DNA from: an uncultured bacterium
GTDB lineage: Bacteria > Hydrogenedentota > Hydrogenedentia > Hydrogenedentales > JAEUWI01
DNA: 11,136 bases
Assembly: GCA_963977445.1 (NCBI GenBank)
Contig: CAXBPH010000232.1
Coordinates: forward strand, 1 to 11,136
Direction: 5' to 3'
Both the position numbers and the translations under genes were made by a program. Below are positions 7,956 through 11,136 of the stretch, one piece after another. Each line of letters opens with the position of its first letter. The first letter of the stretch is position 1. The notes under the pieces are model-generated. The model searched no databases and was not told the origin of the DNA. It saw nothing but the letters and a program-made list of their open reading frames with translations.

Positions 7956-7984
7956 TTGCATCTAAGCACCGTCCCTGTTAGACT
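7956..7984 (+). promoter_or_regulatory. Sigma70-type promoter of the pyrR-pyrB-pyrC operon
   Basis: -35 TTGCAT (7956-7961), 17-bp spacer, extended TG (7976-7977) and -10 TAGACT (7979-7984). Predicted start is about 7990-7992. Confidence 0.7.
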
Positions 7985-8051
7985 TCCTGTGGTGTATGCA
8001 TGGGGCTGCGCCCACGTAAAAGATAAAGGTCCCCACTAAATGAACAAGCGA

Positions 8052-8083
8052 ACCTTCTCCGGCTGATGAGAGGGTATTTTTTT
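8052..8083 (+). terminator. Intrinsic terminator (attenuator) in the pyrR leader
   Basis: ACCTTCTC (8052-8059) pairs with GAGAGGGT (8068-8075): 8 bp with one G-U and an 8-nt loop. It is followed by A and T7 (8077-8083), ending 14 nt before the pyrR ATG. Confidence 0.75.
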
Positions 8084-8097
8084 GTCTGGACACCGCG

Positions 8098-8679
8098 ATG
8101 ACTGAGAATTTCTCCTCGGAACAAGAAGCAACCATAGTCATGGATCAGGCCACAATGGCCGATACGCTGCGCCGACTGGCCCGTGAAATTGTCAATGACA
8201 ACGAGAGCCTGGAAGACTTGGCGCTCTTGGGCATTCTCCGCCGTGGCCGCCCCCTGGCTGATCGTCTGGCTGCGTTGATTGGGGAGATGACGGGGGTTAC
8301 GCCGCCAGTCGGCTCCCTGGCCACGACCCTCTATCGCGATGACTTTCGCGGCGGTATCGGCTCGGCCGTAAGCAAGGGAAATACCCATTTCGAATTCAAT
8401 GTGGATGACCGGACCATTTTGCTGGTGGACGATGTCCTCGCGGCAGGACGAACCATTCGTGCGGCCATGGACGAGGTGATGGACTATGGACGTCCCCGTC
8501 GTATACAGCTGGCGTGTCTGGTGGACCGGGGTGGTCGGGAATTGCCTATTCAGGCGGACTATCTGGGCCATTCGATGGCGACCGAAGCGAATGAGTGGGT
8601 CACGGCACGCCTCCAGGAAATCGATGGAGAAGACGGCGTTTTCTTAACCCGTCTCGCAACCGAAGCGGAAGGAGCGTAA
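8098..8679 (+). CDS. pyrR: PyrR-family pyrimidine regulator / uracil phosphoribosyltransferase, divergent
   Basis: TLYRDD, PRPP-binding ILLVDDVLAAGRTIRAAMD and GRP..IQLACLVDRGGRELPIQADY. It lies directly upstream of pyrB. Confidence 0.93.
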   Translation: MTENFSSEQEATIVMDQATMADTLRRLAREIVNDNESLEDLALLGILRRGRPLADRLAALIGEMTGVTPPVGSLATTLYRDDFRGGIGSAVSKGNTHFEFNVDDRTILLVDDVLAAGRTIRAAMDEVMDYGRPRRIQLACLVDRGGRELPIQADYLGHSMATEANEWVTARLQEIDGEDGVFLTRLATEAEGA

Positions 8680-8685
8680 CCTCAG

Positions 8686-9666
8686 TTGCCTACGTCTGGA
8701 GAAAACATCTGGTCCCACAAGGACCTCCTCGGCATCGAGGAGCTTACCCGTGAAGAAATCGAACTGATTCTCGACACGGCCCCCCAGTTTGTTGCCGTTT
8801 CCGAACGAGAAAGCGGCATCAAGAAGGTGCCATTGCTCCAGGGCCGTCTCGTGGTGAACTGGTTCTATGAGCCAAGCACCCGGACCCGCACCTCCTTCGA
8901 ATTGGCCGCCAAACGCCTTTCCGCCGATACCCTTTCTATTGCGGCCAGCTCGTCGTCTTCGGTGAAGGGAGAAACCCTCCACGATACCCTGGACAATATA
9001 GAGGCCATGCATTCTGACGTTATCATCCTGCGTCATGGTGCTGCAGGGGCACCCCATATTCTGGCTGCCCGCCACAAATCCCACATCATCAACGCCGGTG
9101 ATGGACGGCATGAGCACCCCACCCAGGCGTTGCTCGATGCCTTTACCATGCGCAATCACATTCGGGCCTTACGTGGGGACCCCAACGCCGGACTCGATGG
9201 GGTTCGTGTAGCCCTCGTCGGCGACATCGAACACAGTCGCGTAGCCCGCAGTAATATTATGTGTTTGAATAAGCTTGGGGCCAAGGTGACTCTTTGCGGT
9301 CCCTCTACCCTTATGCCCGCGTGCATCGAGCGCATGGGTGTCGATGTGACCCACAAATTGAAAGAGGCCATCGACGGTGCCGACATCATCTACTCCCTCC
9401 GCATTCAGCTGGAGCGTCAGGCCGATGGGTTGTTTCCCAGTCTGCGAGAATATATCCGCCTGTTTCGTATCGATACCGCTGCCCTGGTGCACGCCAAGGA
9501 CGACGCGCTGGTCATGCACCCCGGGCCCATCAATCGGGATATCGAGCTTTCCACCAGTGTGGCCGACGGGCACCGAAGTGTCATCCTTGAGCAAGTGAGC
9601 AACGGCGTAGCCATCCGTATGGCGGTCATGCACCTGCTGGTCAACAGCGGACGAAAATCAAGATAG
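8686..9666 (+). CDS. pyrB: Aspartate carbamoyltransferase catalytic subunit
   Basis: FYEPSTRTRTSFELA, KGETL.DT, INAGDG.HEHPTQALLD, GDI.HSRVARS, RIQLER and MHPGPINR. The start is TTG, with AAGGAG (8669-8674) inside the end of pyrR. Confidence 0.96.
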   Translation: MPTSGENIWSHKDLLGIEELTREEIELILDTAPQFVAVSERESGIKKVPLLQGRLVVNWFYEPSTRTRTSFELAAKRLSADTLSIAASSSSSVKGETLHDTLDNIEAMHSDVIILRHGAAGAPHILAARHKSHIINAGDGRHEHPTQALLDAFTMRNHIRALRGDPNAGLDGVRVALVGDIEHSRVARSNIMCLNKLGAKVTLCGPSTLMPACIERMGVDVTHKLKEAIDGADIIYSLRIQLERQADGLFPSLREYIRLFRIDTAALVHAKDDALVMHPGPINRDIELSTSVADGHRSVILEQVSNGVAIRMAVMHLLVNSGRKSR

Positions 9667-9748
9667 AATCCTACCGAATCGCGACAATTTGCACGATGTC
9701 ATCCTTCGCGGTGGCCCGCCTGCACGATCACCCTACAAGGAATTGAGA

Positions 9749-11020
9749 ATGAGCACAGTTATCAAAAACGGTCACCTAATCGAGCCTGCCAGCGGCGTGT
9801 CTGCCCCCATGGATATTCTGGTTGAGGGCGACAAAATTGTTGCTATCGGCGCAGATCTTCAAGGGGATGACGTTATCGACGCCACGGGCTGCATCGTATG
9901 TCCCGGCCTTGTCGATATTCACGTGCACTTTCGCGAACCCGGTTTCGAGTCCAAAGAGACCATAGAAACGGGAAGTCGTGCGGCGGCCCGGGGTGGATTT
10001 ACCACCGTGGTGACCATGGCCAACACGAAGCCCGTCATCGACAACGCCGGCATGGTGGAGTTCGTCAACCGTCGTGCCCGCGAGACGGCCTGCATCAAGA
10101 TTCGCCCGGCCGCCTGTGCCACCAAGGGAATGTCGGGTCAGGAAATTACCGAGATGGCCGAGTTGAAAGATGTGGGGGTGGTGGCCGTTACGGACGACGG
10201 AAAAGATATCCCGAACAGCGCGGTCATGCGGCGGGTTATGGAATATGCGAAGATGGTTGGCCTGCCCTATATGGCCCATTGCGAAGATCACGATCTTTCC
10301 AAGGGCGGTGCCATGAATGAAGGCTACACCGCCACCACCATGGGCATTCCCGGCATTCCCAAGGCCTGCGAAGAGATTGCCATCGCGCGGAATATTCGCC
10401 TGGCCTGGATTACCGGTGCCCACCTGCATATTCAGCACGTGACCACCGCCGAAGGCATCGACACCATTCGCCACTACAAACGCAAAGGCGTCAATGTAAC
10501 CTGCGAAGCGGCACCCCATCACTGGGCACTCACCGACGAAGCCGTTCGTTCTTTTAACACCAATGCCAAGATGAATCCGCCCCTCCGTGAGCAAATCGAC
10601 TGCGACGGCATTATTGAAGGTATCAAGGACGGCACCGTCGACTGCATCGCCACGGACCATGCTCCCCATACGCCCACCGAGAAAGCCGTCGAATTTGCTG
10701 AGGCACCCTTCGGAATTATCGGCCTGGAGACTTCCCTGGCACGGGTCATCACCGATTTGGTTGAGCCGGGTCACATTAGCATCGAGCGGGCTATTGAGCT
10801 CATGACAGTAGCCGGGTCGCGCCTCTGTGATCTGGGTGCGGGTGAATTGAAAGAAGGGGGTGCGGCGGATATCTGCATTTTCGACCCCAAAGCCGAGTGG
10901 GAAGTGCAGGAATCAGAATTTGGCTCCCGCAGCAAAAACTCACCGTTTATTGGCGAGACCCTCAAGGGGTTGGTTAAGTACACGATTTGCGACGGTAAGA
11001 CGGTGTATTCACGGGGGTAG
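9749..11020 (+). CDS. pyrC: Dihydroorotase (long, class I type, metal ligands intact)
   Basis: PGLVDIHVHFREPG, MANTKP, TDDG, AHCED, HIQHV, KMNPPLR and IATDHAPH. I placed the start at ATG 9749 (MSTVIKNG), preceded by AAGGA, rather than at the TTG at 9689. Confidence 0.95.
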   Translation: MSTVIKNGHLIEPASGVSAPMDILVEGDKIVAIGADLQGDDVIDATGCIVCPGLVDIHVHFREPGFESKETIETGSRAAARGGFTTVVTMANTKPVIDNAGMVEFVNRRARETACIKIRPAACATKGMSGQEITEMAELKDVGVVAVTDDGKDIPNSAVMRRVMEYAKMVGLPYMAHCEDHDLSKGGAMNEGYTATTMGIPGIPKACEEIAIARNIRLAWITGAHLHIQHVTTAEGIDTIRHYKRKGVNVTCEAAPHHWALTDEAVRSFNTNAKMNPPLREQIDCDGIIEGIKDGTVDCIATDHAPHTPTEKAVEFAEAPFGIIGLETSLARVITDLVEPGHISIERAIELMTVAGSRLCDLGAGELKEGGAADICIFDPKAEWEVQESEFGSRSKNSPFIGETLKGLVKYTICDGKTVYSRG

Positions 11021-11136
11021 GCGGGGCACGTCTATGCCCTATGGGGTCTGCCGAAACGAATTTATTAACCACATAGAACGCAGAGCAGCCGTTGGCCGCA
11101 ACCAAAGATTTTGAACCACGAAGATACGAAGAGCAC

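Noticed and set aside
7652..7961. 90-aa (+) and 92-aa (-) ORFs in the divergent intergenic region
   Set aside because: They have no clear SD or protein-like motifs and overlap each other and the repeat/hairpin/promoter elements. The region is better explained as regulatory DNA.
8063..8070. CTGATGAG hammerhead-ribozyme-like core (also loosely like the fluoride riboswitch 3' GCUGAUG)
   Set aside because: There is no suitably placed GAAA or three-stem junction, and no matching fluoride-riboswitch 5' element. The sequence is the terminator loop and 3' arm.
9689..9748. 20-codon N-terminal extension of PyrC from the TTG at 9689
   Set aside because: ATG 9749 has an SD and gives the typical dihydroorotase N-terminus (xxIKNG).
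9776..10774. 332-aa antisense ORF (also 1751-2521, 1807-2451, 2678-3277, 7978-8571, 8644-9159 and similar)
   Set aside because: All overlap well-supported genes on the opposite strand and show no family motifs.
11023..11040. Hairpin GGGGCA-cgtcta-TGCCCT right after pyrC as a terminator or REP
   Set aside because: It is a 6-bp stem with no adjacent U-tract and is too degenerate to call a REP without genome-wide copies.

Overview
Bacterial chromosomal window, GC-rich by eye, with two housekeeping blocks around an accessory signalling/redox block. Left (+): the 3' part of an AceF-type dihydrolipoamide acetyltransferase (E2), lpdA (E3) and a strong intrinsic terminator. Middle: a signal-peptide-bearing, motif-divergent Gfo/Idh/MocA oxidoreductase (+), convergent with a DUF2007 protein and a 1151-aa Hanks-type Ser/Thr kinase with one TM helix and 14 WD40 repeats (-). 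Right (+): a pyrR-pyrB-pyrC operon. The most interesting part is the 7646-8097 divergent intergenic region. It holds a long imperfect hairpin, a perfect 14-bp direct repeat with 22-bp period, a good sigma70 promoter, and a pyrR leader with a terminator, alternative pairings and overlapping short uORFs, but no recognisable PyrR-binding loop. The PyrR protein itself has most known RNA-binding residues substituted, which suggests non-canonical pyr attenuation. No mobile element gene, CRISPR array, rRNA or tRNA was seen. All family assignments come from motif recognition, not database searches.
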